DNA of 64,000 nucleotides from a virus (lineage: Duplodnaviria > Caudoviricetes), in IMG/VR virus record IMGVR_UViG_3300014208_000024, positions 288,001 through 352,000 of that record; one strand, 5' to 3'. Below, piece after piece: positions 29,957 to 39,694 of the stretch. The position numbers were made by a program, and so were the translations under genes. The notes below the pieces were generated by a model. It saw nothing but the letters and a program-made list of their open reading frames with translations, had not been told where the DNA came from and did no database searches. Within the stretch, counting starts at the first letter, position 1, and each line of letters begins with the position of its first letter.

Positions 29957-30188
29957 AAGGTGTGAAAGCCGAAAAAAGGGGGTGTGAAAGCCCTCTTTTA
30001 TTTTTTTTTTAATTTTTTAAATTTCGGTATTGTCGTAAACCAACAAGCCAAACATCCAAAAATGGCAATTCCCACTTTTCCAGAAAATTTGCTTTATATA
30101 GTCACGTTCTTTCGGTAGTTAAAAAAAGCGATCACAGGGAAACAAAAAATTCCCACTTTTTCAGAAAATTCGCTTTATATACTCACAA

Positions 30189-30199
30189 GCTCTTTGACA
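30189..30199 (+). promoter_or_regulatory. boxA-like antitermination sequence
   Basis: GCTCTTTGACA, cf. rrn boxA TGCTCTTTAACA, in the leader of the 30249 gene. Confidence 0.45.
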
Positions 30200-30248
30200 T
30201 ACTGAAATCAGAAAAAATAAAGTTACCAAACCATAAAAAACAAAAATT

Positions 30249-30806
30249 ATGAAAGCTACTACATTATTACAGTTAATCGAAAGTTTCGATTTTTCAGGTG
30301 TGTCCTTTATTTCGATAAAAGGATATTGTTCAGACGAAAGTGAAAACAGCGAAATCGCTGATGTTGTTGTGAATGTTGGTGCGTCTTATGGAAATATGAA
30401 AGATGCCGATTTGATTACCCTTCAGGGTGCAGATGTTTCAAAACTTGCTTCAGACAATTTTGGTTTTGCAATTCTTGAACAGGCTGTAAAAGAAAAAATT
30501 CAGTCAATTATTGCACCAAACGAAAACCGTTCAAACGGTCAAAAAGATGCCTACATCAACCTTAACCCCAAAGGTACTCTGAAATATTGCAAATCTACGG
30601 GCAGTGTTTTGATACAGGGTACGGTTGTTCGTAAAACTGTGATTAAAGAGGGTATTTTCAAAACAACAAATTCACGCCCTTTAACCCTTGCAAAAAAACA
30701 TATTGACAAGGTTCTTGATCTGAAAGTCGCAAAAATGCGATATTACAAAATTGCAAATATCACACGAAATGTAAAAGTTTCAGGTGATTGTATCGAAATC
30801 GAATAA
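30249..30806 (+). CDS. Hypothetical early protein
   Basis: Own class-1 promoter and terminator (30826-30856). Confidence 0.7.
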   Translation: MKATTLLQLIESFDFSGVSFISIKGYCSDESENSEIADVVVNVGASYGNMKDADLITLQGADVSKLASDNFGFAILEQAVKEKIQSIIAPNENRSNGQKDAYINLNPKGTLKYCKSTGSVLIQGTVVRKTVIKEGIFKTTNSRPLTLAKKHIDKVLDLKVAKMRYYKIANITRNVKVSGDCIEIE

Positions 30807-31146
30807 CGAAAGAAAACGATCAGGGAGAGGGGGGCAGGTTGCCCCTCTTTTTTTTTCTTTTTTTTTAAAAACCTTTCCCTGATATGGTGGTTTACGAGCA
30901 AACCGAAATTTAAAAAAAAGTTTTTAAAAACTTTCCCTGACATAAACTTTCCCTTGCGTTTCCCTGTATATAGAAAACGTTCCCTTTAAAACGGTTTTTA
31001 GGCTATTTTACAGGCTTTTTTTTATTACTGAATGATATTTGATATGTTTCCCCGATCAAAACGCTTTAAAATGCTTTAAAATGTTTCCCCAAAAACGTTC
31101 CCTCTTTTTCAATTTATTTGCTTTATATATTTTAAATAATTTAATT

Positions 31147-31800
31147 ATGAAATTAGATTTTTCAGGTCGCATAAATACTGATTATACAAAGGTTTCCCTT
31201 ACTCGCTCTTTTAAATATAAGGGCGGTTTTATTTCACCTAAGAGATTAAAAAACGGCAATGAAAAATTACATCATTGTTTTGTTTTCGATTTACCTGCTG
31301 TATTAAGTTGTCCTAATTGTAAAGGTTGCAAAGATAGTTGCTACGCTTTACAGGCACAAATGCAATATCCCGATGTAAGAGTTTTCAGGCATACAAATTT
31401 ACATCTTGCTGTTTTTAATATAAGCAAGTTAAAAGAGTTAATTTGTTCACAATTGCAGACATCACGAACAAACATTGTTCGCATACATGGTAGCGGTGAT
31501 TTTTTCAGTCAACAGTATGTGGATATGTGGCTCGAAATAATTAAAATGTTTCCTGATAAAAAGTTTTACGCTTATACAAAAGCTGAGAAATTATTTACCT
31601 TTAAAAAATTATCAAACTTTAACCTTATTACATCGTTTATAGGGGGCAAATTGAATTACGGTGACATTGATTATTGCAACAGTTTAAAAGATCGTTATAA
31701 CGCTTTTATTTGCCCTTGCGGAATTGATAAAACTGTTAAATGTGGAATTGATTGTAATTATTGTATAACGAATAAAAAGGTTTGTTTTTTGAAACATTAA
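31147..31800 (+). CDS. Gp88-family Fe-S/radical-SAM-like phage protein
   Basis: FDLPA..SCP.C..C..SCYA, VRIHGSGDFFS..Y, FYAYTK; start ATG 31147. Confidence 0.7.
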   Translation: MKLDFSGRINTDYTKVSLTRSFKYKGGFISPKRLKNGNEKLHHCFVFDLPAVLSCPNCKGCKDSCYALQAQMQYPDVRVFRHTNLHLAVFNISKLKELICSQLQTSRTNIVRIHGSGDFFSQQYVDMWLEIIKMFPDKKFYAYTKAEKLFTFKKLSNFNLITSFIGGKLNYGDIDYCNSLKDRYNAFICPCGIDKTVKCGIDCNYCITNKKVCFLKH

Positions 31801-32080
31801 ACCTTTCTCACTTTCCCAGAAAATTTGCTTTATATATCCATGAGAAAATAAATAAACAAACCAAAAAGGAATTTAAAATGCGAAAGTAAGTTTGTCTTTT
31901 CCTCTTAGTAATATTAAAATAGTAACTCGCACTCACAAGGTGCGGGAAAAACGTTTTTTATTTTGTTTTTTTAAATTTCTGTTTTGTCGTAAACCAATTA
32001 CAAAAAACTCCATAACTCTTTTTCCCTCTTTTTCATTTTATTTGCTTTATATATTCACAAACCAATTAAAACCAAAAGCT

Positions 32081-32317
32081 ATGAGTTTAACAATTCACAT
32101 ACAGGCAAAGTCCAAAAAAGAGATCAATGAAAAATTGGCTCAGGGTAAAAAAGTTTACGGAGAAAGTTATTCATTATTTGGCGGTGGTGGTACGTATGAA
32201 TTGAACAAAGATTTGCCCACAGGTACGGTAATTAAAATCTTTGAGAAATATGTATCGGGCAACCCGTTTGTAAAATCTTATGGTACGTGGGCTGCGAGTA
32301 AAAACAAGGTGATATAA
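32081..32317 (+). CDS. Hypothetical early protein
   Basis: Start ATG 32081 after promoter and leader. Confidence 0.65.
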   Translation: MSLTIHIQAKSKKEINEKLAQGKKVYGESYSLFGGGGTYELNKDLPTGTVIKIFEKYVSGNPFVKSYGTWAASKNKVI

Positions 32318-32379
32318 AAATTCCCACTTTCCCAGAAAATTTGCTTTATATCTTTATAAACCAATTAAAACTGACAATC

Positions 32380-32664
32380 ATGAAAAGATCAATAGGTTTC
32401 AAAAGGAGTGAGGAAAGAGAAATTGAAGTTTCAAACAATTCTTTACCTGCCACAAATGAAGATCGTCCCAGTGAAATTTCCGTACCAATGAGTTCTGCTC
32501 AGGTTGATCTACTTGAAACGATTCAAAACCTGTCTGAAATAATTGTGGACAAAAGTTTTGCAAAGTTTGCAGAAAACCAAAGAGTTTTATTTATTAAACA
32601 GCTTATCAATGCAGTTTCATTAAATTCTGAACTGACAACAAAAACAGCTATGCTGATGGTTTAA
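32380..32664 (+). CDS. Hypothetical early protein
   Basis: Start ATG 32380 after promoter and leader. Confidence 0.6.
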   Translation: MKRSIGFKRSEEREIEVSNNSLPATNEDRPSEISVPMSSAQVDLLETIQNLSEIIVDKSFAKFAENQRVLFIKQLINAVSLNSELTTKTAMLMV

Positions 32665-32734
32665 TCCCACTTTTTGAAATAATTTGCTTTATACAGACAT
32701 AAGAAATTGCCCGAAACAAATAATACTACAAATC

Positions 32735-32818
32735 ATGAATAGAATAAGAGAACCCGATGTAAGTAAAAAAATTTATTTAGAATTTATAAAACAATCCGTT
32801 GATCAAAAACTTTCGTAA
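32735..32818 (+). CDS. 27-aa small ORF
   Basis: ATG after class-1 promoter 32664; very short. Confidence 0.35.
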   Translation: MNRIREPDVSKKIYLEFIKQSVDQKLS

Positions 32819-33158
32819 AAAAGCAAAAAGGTATGCCGAGAATAAGATGCCCGAATAGGATAAAAACCCACTGAAAATTAACAAGAGTATTAACCCTAAA
32901 TGAAAAATAGTATGATAAGAGCCTCTCCGAAATAAGCACATCTAATAATCTATAATATATAATAATCCGATTAAAACCCCTACCCGTTTATATTTGGGCG
33001 GGGGTTTCTTTTTTTTATTTCTTTTTTTTAAATTTCTGTTTTGTCGTAAACCCTCCCTTTGAAACTTTCCCCAACCTTTCCCTGTTTTCCCCAGAGTTTT
33101 CCCACTTTTTCTTTTTATTTGCTTTATATACTTGTCAAACCAATTAAAACCAAAGATC

Positions 33159-33350
33159 ATGTCAAAAACAAAAAAATTCCACAAGCCGTCAAAAAGTGAA
33201 GTTGACGAAATGTATCTGAAAGCAAACCGCAAAGGTAGCAGACAGGCAGAACTTGAAAACGCCACAGGTTTTACCTCAAATCACAAAGCACACAAAAGTA
33301 AAAAAGATTACAACAGAAAACCAAAGCACAAAGGAAGTTGGGATTGTTAA
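33159..33350 (+). CDS. Small basic protein, ArfA/BrfA-like C-terminus
   Basis: ANRKGSR.AE...HKSKKDYNRKPKHKG. Confidence 0.6.
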   Translation: MSKTKKFHKPSKSEVDEMYLKANRKGSRQAELENATGFTSNHKAHKSKKDYNRKPKHKGSWDC

Positions 33351-33405
33351 TCCCACTTTTATTTTTTATTTGCTTTATATAATCACAAACCAAAAACAAA
33401 AACCA

Positions 33406-33738
33406 ATGAAAAGCATATTTGTAAAATTCGGGAACATGAGAGGTGAAGCGCAAGATTTTACCCTGTATCCGTACAATGGTGGTGATACGATTGTAATTCA
33501 ATCAGACAAAAGAATTGCACAGATCAATCTGAAAACAGGTGAAACGATACTGAGCAAACAGGTTCAGGGCGGGGCTTATTTCATGCACTTAAACGCATTT
33601 TTAGGGGCAACAGTTTGCCAATTTCCAAAAGATGAACTGATAAAAATTCAGGAATATTTGTGGAACAATGCAGGTGAAAAAATTCATGGAGGTATTTTGA
33701 TCACAGAAGACAAACCACTATTTTCAGTAAAATTATAA
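33406..33738 (+). CDS. Hypothetical early protein
   Basis: Start ATG 33406. Confidence 0.65.
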   Translation: MKSIFVKFGNMRGEAQDFTLYPYNGGDTIVIQSDKRIAQINLKTGETILSKQVQGGAYFMHLNAFLGATVCQFPKDELIKIQEYLWNNAGEKIHGGILITEDKPLFSVKL

Positions 33739-33807
33739 AAGAGGGGGCTTTCCCTCTTTTCCAGATAATTTGCTTTATATATTTACAAACCAATTAAAAC
33801 CAAAAAG

Positions 33808-34164
33808 ATGAAAAAATCATTAGCATTATTAGCAAAAGGGTTTGAAAGCTCATGTTCAACCACACCCGAATTTGCCCAGTTTTTTCGCACCTTTAAAAGC
33901 GAATTTACAAAAGAACTTCAAAGCATTGGGGCAACCAAAATCGAAATGAACAGGGGTCATTTTTACCTGTCAGGTTTTTTTACAAAAGGTGAAAAGATTT
34001 TCTATTTTTCTCTTTCCGATGTAAGAGGTTCAGACTTTGTTTTGGGCAGTGGTGGTGATCTTGATCTACTTTACAGAACTGCAAAACACTACAAAGATTG
34101 GTCAGGGGGTACAAATTGTTATGTAATAATCGAGGCGGGAATGGCTCAAAAAATGAGGTTATAA
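33808..34164 (+). CDS. Hypothetical early protein
   Basis: Own promoter; GHFY.SGF...YFS.SDVR...LYRTA..KD..GG.N pattern. Confidence 0.65.
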   Translation: MKKSLALLAKGFESSCSTTPEFAQFFRTFKSEFTKELQSIGATKIEMNRGHFYLSGFFTKGEKIFYFSLSDVRGSDFVLGSGGDLDLLYRTAKHYKDWSGGTNCYVIIEAGMAQKMRL

Positions 34165-34232
34165 AAAAGAGGGAACTTTCCCTCTTTTCTTTTTTATTTG
34201 CTTTATATATTTATAAACCAAAACTAATTTTT

Positions 34233-34457
34233 ATGAAAACAAATATTTTAAAATACAGTTTATACCTCATTTTTGTTTTAGCTTTAATTTCTAAAGTTGA
34301 CGGTTGGGGTGCAATTCTTTCAGCAGTAAAAGAGTTTTCGTCTTTTGTTTTATTTATGGCAGTTATCATCGCCTTTGTTGTTTTGCTTTATATAATGTTC
34401 AACAAATCAAAATCTCTCAAACGTTTTGTTGACGACAAAGATAATGAACTGAAATGA
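34233..34457 (+). CDS. Small two-TM membrane protein
   Basis: Two hydrophobic segments; start ATG 34233. Confidence 0.6.
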   Translation: MKTNILKYSLYLIFVLALISKVDGWGAILSAVKEFSSFVLFMAVIIAFVVLLYIMFNKSKSLKRFVDDKDNELK

Positions 34458-34521
34458 TCGTTTCCCACTTTTCAAAGAAATTTGCTTTATATAATCACAA
34501 ACCAATTAAAAACCAAAAATC

Positions 34522-34866
34522 ATGAAAAAAGCAAACATAGTATTTAATGACCAGAGAATACCATCGGAATATCTGAACACAATTCTCGTTGAAAATGTTA
34601 AAGATCTCATAAGCGCCCACAATTTTGTATTTGGATCTACATTCAGCGATTTTGCAAAAAAAGCATTAACAGGACTTAAAAAAACAAGCGATATAACATT
34701 CAGGATTGAAAGTTTAATAAGGAATGAAAATCTTGCCCCTCAAACAAAAATCTGCTTTATAAATCAATTAAAAGCTGTCCTTTCGGGTAATTTTATCAGA
34801 ATGAATAATGCAGGGGGTTACTTTGATTTTGACCCTAACAAAGCAACAATAACGAAATTAAAATAG
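34522..34866 (+). CDS. Hypothetical early protein
   Basis: Own promoter and terminator (34901-34930). Confidence 0.65.
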   Translation: MKKANIVFNDQRIPSEYLNTILVENVKDLISAHNFVFGSTFSDFAKKALTGLKKTSDITFRIESLIRNENLAPQTKICFINQLKAVLSGNFIRMNNAGGYFDFDPNKATITKLK

Positions 34867-35055
34867 GTTTTTTCATAGTTTAATTGTTTAAATTGGTTTG
34901 AAGGGGGGCTGGTTACCTCCCTTTTTTTTATTTTCTTTTTTTAAATTTCGGTTTGGTCGTAAACCATACCTTTTTGATTTTTCACCTGTGACTTCCCATG
35001 TTCCACTTTCTCAAATAATTTGCTTTATATACTCATAGCAAAAAACCATAAACAA

Positions 35056-35292
35056 ATGAAAACAATAGATAAAATTATAACCAAAGTAGATTGCAAATTC
35101 GGAGCGCCAATGGGAAGATATAATATAGGCAACAAGCCAACAAACAAAAGAGTTTTTGATTGTGCAGTCCCAATGAGTTGTGACGGTGCTTATGATAAAG
35201 GTGGGGCATATTTTGGGATTGGAAAACAATTAAGAGTTGAGTACACAAAAGATTTATCTTATGTGAAATTTTACAGGAGGGGAGAAAAATAA
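35056..35292 (+). CDS. Hypothetical early protein
   Basis: GAPMGR...YDKGGAYFG; start ATG 35056. Confidence 0.65.
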   Translation: MKTIDKIITKVDCKFGAPMGRYNIGNKPTNKRVFDCAVPMSCDGAYDKGGAYFGIGKQLRVEYTKDLSYVKFYRRGEK

Positions 35293-35347
35293 TTCCCACT
35301 TTTCAAAGAAATTTGCTTTATATACTCATAACCAAAAACCAAAACCA

Positions 35348-35539
35348 ATGACAAAAGAAAAAACTTATACAGGTGCTTATAAAGTAGTTCAAATTTTCAG
35401 AGTTTCTAAAAGGCGTAAAACTTTAAAGCGTGGTTTAACAAAAGAAGAAGCAATGAGGGTTGTTAACAGATACCCCAACAGTTCTCGGAGTATGGTTGTA
35501 TTTATGAAGCAATTTAGTGCTGATAAATATTTTGTTTAA
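35348..35539 (+). CDS. Small basic early protein
   Basis: Own promoter. Confidence 0.6.
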   Translation: MTKEKTYTGAYKVVQIFRVSKRRKTLKRGLTKEEAMRVVNRYPNSSRSMVVFMKQFSADKYFV

Positions 35540-35564
35540 CGGTTGTATAATAAAAAACAATTAA

Positions 35565-35951
35565 ATGAGATTCATTCTAAGACCATTTTGCATATTGATA
35601 GTAAAGTTTTTACAAAGAAGGTATAAACAAATAACTATTAAAAACAGGCACAATCAGACAAATCAGGTTTTATCAAAATTAAAACTGATACAATCAATTT
35701 TATATTATTTTAAAAGTCAATTTCATGCTTGGGGTTATTTTCACCCCGATTGTGGATGGAGCGAAAAAGATGAATTTAAGTTTAGGAAACTGTTTCCTAC
35801 AAAAGATTTTGAAGAGCTTGATTTAGTTGTTTTGCACAATCCTAATGCGATAACTTATTATCAGAATAGGATATATGACCTAACAAACGGAAAGAGCGTT
35901 AAATCCAGCGATATTGAGAAACAGTTAAGAAAGTGGAATGATTGGAATTAA
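35565..35951 (+). CDS. Hypothetical protein
   Basis: ORF. Confidence 0.5.
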   Translation: MRFILRPFCILIVKFLQRRYKQITIKNRHNQTNQVLSKLKLIQSILYYFKSQFHAWGYFHPDCGWSEKDEFKFRKLFPTKDFEELDLVVLHNPNAITYYQNRIYDLTNGKSVKSSDIEKQLRKWNDWN

Positions 35952-36003
35952 TCCCACTTTCTACAATAATTTGCTTTATATCCACAACCAAAACCTTAAA
36001 ATT

Positions 36004-36225
36004 ATGACTGAATTACAATTTATTCTTTTAGAAATTATTATTTTAATAATTATTTATCTTGGGTGTTTCTGTTTAATTTTTAAGTCAATGGTTTTTAATA
36101 CAGCAGAAGAAGAAATTAAAAACATGAAAATAAGCAATATAGTTGCTTTGATAGTAGTTTCAATCTGTGTTATTTGTATTTACATAAATTATCCGACATT
36201 CCCAATTTCCCACTTTCCCCAATAA
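36004..36225 (+). CDS. Small two-TM membrane protein
   Basis: Hydrophobic segments; start ATG 36004. Confidence 0.55.
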   Translation: MTELQFILLEIIILIIIYLGCFCLIFKSMVFNTAEEEIKNMKISNIVALIVVSICVICIYINYPTFPISHFPQ

Positions 36226-36261
36226 TTTGCTTTATATATTCATAACCAAAAATCAAAAGTC

Positions 36262-36480
36262 ATGATAGAATATCGCAAAAGATACAGTGAATCAACCACA
36301 CGTTCAACTTCACCCATAACAAAAAAGGGTCAGGCAATAACTGTTCGCAAAGGAAAAAAGAAATTTAAAGTTATAATCACGCACCCGAATTATGCTGGAA
36401 GCAATATAACTGAGGGGGATGCAAACGGAAAACATTATGTATGTTGGTTCAATTATGGTTCATGGTCTGTATCTAATTAA
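36262..36480 (+). CDS. Hypothetical early protein
   Basis: Own promoter. Confidence 0.6.
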   Translation: MIEYRKRYSESTTRSTSPITKKGQAITVRKGKKKFKVIITHPNYAGSNITEGDANGKHYVCWFNYGSWSVSN

Positions 36481-36534
36481 TTCCCACTTTTTATTTTAAT
36501 TTGCTTTATATATCCATAACCAAAAATAAAAGCC

Positions 36535-36771
36535 ATGCAATTAACTAAAGAAGAAAAAACAAATATATTCTGGTCGTTGCTTAAAGAATATCCCGAATTT
36601 GAAAGGAGCCGTAAACAAATGCCTTTAATTTTTAAAGGAGAAGAAAAAATATCAAAAATGATTAAAATCATTAATGATGGAGAAAAAAAAGCTTATGATT
36701 TGATCAAAAAGTTTGCTGATGAAATTGGAGAAAATATACCCGAATACAAGAATCCAAATTTGAGGGGGTAA
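36535..36771 (+). CDS. Hypothetical early protein
   Basis: Own promoter; leader identical to that of 36832. Confidence 0.6.
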   Translation: MQLTKEEKTNIFWSLLKEYPEFERSRKQMPLIFKGEEKISKMIKIINDGEKKAYDLIKKFADEIGENIPEYKNPNLRG

Positions 36772-36831
36772 TAATATTCCCACTTTCCCAGGAAATTTGC
36801 TTTATATATCCATAACCAAAAAATAAAAGCC

Positions 36832-37257
36832 ATGCCAAAATTTGAATTAAGATCAAACCAGTACATTCCTTATCGTGGAAAAAGATTACAAAGTGGGATG
36901 CCTGCCAGTGCTACATACTTTTATTTCGTAAATGAAAACGGAAAAGTTGTGGACTTACAAACATTAAAACCATATAAGGGAAAACAAATGAATCGTTATG
37001 CAATGCACGATAAAAAAGAGGCAAATTCTTTTCTTAAATTGATTAATAAAACTACAACTCACAAAGTTGAAAAGCCAAAGGGTACTTTTTATTCTGATTA
37101 TACCATAAAAGGTGATTGCTGTTATGCAATATTTGAAAACTGTGATGGAAGGGTTAATACAAAATTAGTTTGCAAAACAAAAAAAACGAATGACGATTGG
37201 AAAACTTTTAATATAAAGGAAACAAAAAGGAATTTATTTATAAATCTGGGAGAATAA
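36832..37257 (+). CDS. Hypothetical early protein
   Basis: Own promoter. Confidence 0.65.
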   Translation: MPKFELRSNQYIPYRGKRLQSGMPASATYFYFVNENGKVVDLQTLKPYKGKQMNRYAMHDKKEANSFLKLINKTTTHKVEKPKGTFYSDYTIKGDCCYAIFENCDGRVNTKLVCKTKKTNDDWKTFNIKETKRNLFINLGE

Positions 37258-37310
37258 ACTCTCCCACTTTTCTTTTTTATTTGCTTTATATATTCACAAA
37301 CCGCAAAGCT

Positions 37311-37688
37311 ATGTATAAAGTTTACAGATATGAAAGCCCTTATGATCAAACGGGGGTTTTTAATTGTAGCCTTTCAAAATTTCCTGATAAATACAAAGTT
37401 TCAAAATTGTGTGATAAAATTCATGGAGATCATATCGGAAATAAAGATCACCCCACTTTACAAACTGACGGGTTAGATTTTGCACTTGAAATGACTGGGT
37501 TTTTATGTGCTTGTAATAGCATAAAAGAATTATTGAATTGGTTTGATAAATACAATAAAAAACTTATTAAAAGCGGTTTTGTAATTGCTGAATATATTGT
37601 AATTGCAAAGTTTGACGGCAAATCTGGATTGCAATGTGTTTTCAATGAAAAGGCAATAATTGAAAGAAATGTTATTTCCACTTTTTAA
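37311..37688 (+). CDS. Hypothetical early protein
   Basis: Start ATG 37311. Confidence 0.65.
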   Translation: MYKVYRYESPYDQTGVFNCSLSKFPDKYKVSKLCDKIHGDHIGNKDHPTLQTDGLDFALEMTGFLCACNSIKELLNWFDKYNKKLIKSGFVIAEYIVIAKFDGKSGLQCVFNEKAIIERNVISTF

Positions 37689-37731
37689 TAAAATTTGCTT
37701 TATATACTTATAACTTTAAAACCTTTCCCCA

Positions 37732-38001
37732 ATGAAAAAAACAATGTATTTAACGGTCAATGTTTCTGAAGGAAACGCTGAACATATTGGAACGATGAAA
37801 ATTACATCGGCAGGTCAAATTGAAGGTAAATTAAAAGAAATGTTAGATTCACATTTTGATGCCAATGTTGAAGTTAAAAACGATACACCGTTTCAATTAG
37901 AAGATTTTCTCTACGGCAGAACCGTTGAGCTTAAAGTGAAAGTTGATTCTGAAATAGACAGCATTGAAGAAATTATTATTCAGGAAACATGGTTATATTA
38001 A
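37732..38001 (+). CDS. Small acidic early protein
   Basis: Own promoter; D/E-rich C-half. Confidence 0.65.
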   Translation: MKKTMYLTVNVSEGNAEHIGTMKITSAGQIEGKLKEMLDSHFDANVEVKNDTPFQLEDFLYGRTVELKVKVDSEIDSIEEIIIQETWLY

Positions 38002-38057
38002 ACTCCCACTTTCCCCAATAATTTGCTTTATATACTTATAAAACCAAAACTTTCCCA

Positions 38058-38213
38058 ATGGAAGAATTGAAAAAGAAAGTAATTGCAAAGTTAATTACAT
38101 ACGGCAACAATGCAGAAGAAGTGAAAATTATGGTTGCAAAACACTTTGAATATGCTGCAAGTAATTATAAGACAGTGAAGACAATTTGTGAATGTATCAG
38201 AACAATATATTAA
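38058..38213 (+). CDS. 51-aa early protein (not in ORF track)
   Basis: ATG right after promoter 38003; MEELKKKVIAKLITYGNN... Confidence 0.6.
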   Translation: MEELKKKVIAKLITYGNNAEEVKIMVAKHFEYAASNYKTVKTICECIRTIY

Positions 38214-38232
38214 AACCTTAGAGCTTAACAAA

Positions 38233-38391
38233 ATGAATATAGAGAAAAGAAAAAAAAGCAATGCAGCTCACAAAGTTTTATCGCTAATGGATAAAGATTT
38301 TTCTTATGAAAAAGCTTTGAGAAAAGTTTTAAAATCAGATAAAAGATTAAACAAAGTAAAGCTTGAAAAAGAACTGGACTTTTATATTTAA
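38233..38391 (+). CDS. Small basic protein
   Basis: Start ATG 38233. Confidence 0.5.
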   Translation: MNIEKRKKSNAAHKVLSLMDKDFSYEKALRKVLKSDKRLNKVKLEKELDFYI

Positions 38392-38449
38392 AACTCCCAC
38401 TTTTATTTTTTATTTGCTTTATATATCCATAACCAAAAACCACAACAAA

Positions 38450-38659
38450 ATGAAAAAATTAAGAGTATTTGAATTTTCCCTTGATGTTGACTATGGAGGT
38501 GGTATAATGTTAATCGCTGCCAAAGATACAGATCGTGCAATAGAATTGTGTCCAGTGCTTAGTCGTTTTCATGGTACTTGGGTATATTCAGGTGAACATA
38601 CAGAATTGTCCTATAAAGGAAAAGAGGGTGAAATTTTGAGTTTTACAAGAGTGGATTGA
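38450..38659 (+). CDS. Hypothetical early protein
   Basis: Start ATG 38450; leader identical to that of 38717. Confidence 0.6.
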   Translation: MKKLRVFEFSLDVDYGGGIMLIAAKDTDRAIELCPVLSRFHGTWVYSGEHTELSYKGKEGEILSFTRVD

Positions 38660-38716
38660 ATTTCCACTTTTCCCAATAATTTGCTTTATATATCCATAAC
38701 CAAAAACCACAACAAA

Positions 38717-39028
38717 ATGAAAAAAGATACTTACAAAACAGATGTGATTTTCAGAGTTCTCACTATTGGTGATATAACAGAAGTCACAGCATTGTTTCCT
38801 CATGATGTTGAAACGCCTGAAGGTCATATAAGCTGTTATGCTCACGTTGGTCAGCATGGGTCAGCAGATTACAGATATTGCGTATCAAAAAGCCGTCTTG
38901 CCACAAAAGAAGAATACAGGGATCTCAAAAACGAACTTGAAAACGCTGTGGGATATAACCTGAATATTGTTCAAAAACAGAACAGAACAAAATATCTGAA
39001 AAGTTATTACGAAACAAGAAAAAGATAA
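38717..39028 (+). CDS. Hypothetical early protein
   Basis: VIFR...ALFP...SCYAHVGQH; start ATG 38717. Confidence 0.65.
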   Translation: MKKDTYKTDVIFRVLTIGDITEVTALFPHDVETPEGHISCYAHVGQHGSADYRYCVSKSRLATKEEYRDLKNELENAVGYNLNIVQKQNRTKYLKSYYETRKR

Positions 39029-39127
39029 TCTGGGTTCATATTGGTTTGGTTTGATCGGGGAGGAGTGGTTTCCTCCCCTCTTTTTTAAATAATTTGCTTT
39101 ATATATTCATAACCAAAAATTAAACAA

Positions 39128-39583
39128 ATGGGACACGATATATCCGCTTTTAAAATAGAATCAAAAAACGATGACAATATTGGTTTTCGTGAAGGAGAAG
39201 AAATTTCTTATGCTTGTTTTTCCGCTGGGAACATTGTGGGTCAATATCTTTTTTATGAAAGCCTAAATGCCCAAAAATTTAACGCTGGGTGCAGTGGTGG
39301 TGGTGGTCGGGATGTTTATACTATTGACCAAATAAAAACCGCCAAATCAAAGCTAAACTACATTTCCTCAGATGATAATGTGAGTGCAGAAATTAAAAGG
39401 TATTCATTTGATGAAAAACACAATATTTTTAAAAATCTTATTGATAGGCTTAATGGCAACCCCGAAAGTGCTTTATTAAAAGGAGATGCTGAAAGAATTA
39501 AACATGAAATTAAAAAGATCAATCAGTTTTATGATAATATTTTAAACAGCGGAGAGGAAACAATTATGATAGGGTTTTATTGA
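39128..39583 (+). CDS. Hypothetical early protein
   Basis: Own promoter; terminator 39571-39600. Confidence 0.65.
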   Translation: MGHDISAFKIESKNDDNIGFREGEEISYACFSAGNIVGQYLFYESLNAQKFNAGCSGGGGRDVYTIDQIKTAKSKLNYISSDDNVSAEIKRYSFDEKHNIFKNLIDRLNGNPESALLKGDAERIKHEIKKINQFYDNILNSGEETIMIGFY

Positions 39584-39694
39584 AAACCCTTTTTTATTTT
39601 CTTTTTTTAAATTTCTGTTTTGTCGTAAACCCATATACAAAATTCCCCCACAAGACAACTTCCCACTTTTTCAAATAATTTGCTTTATATACTC

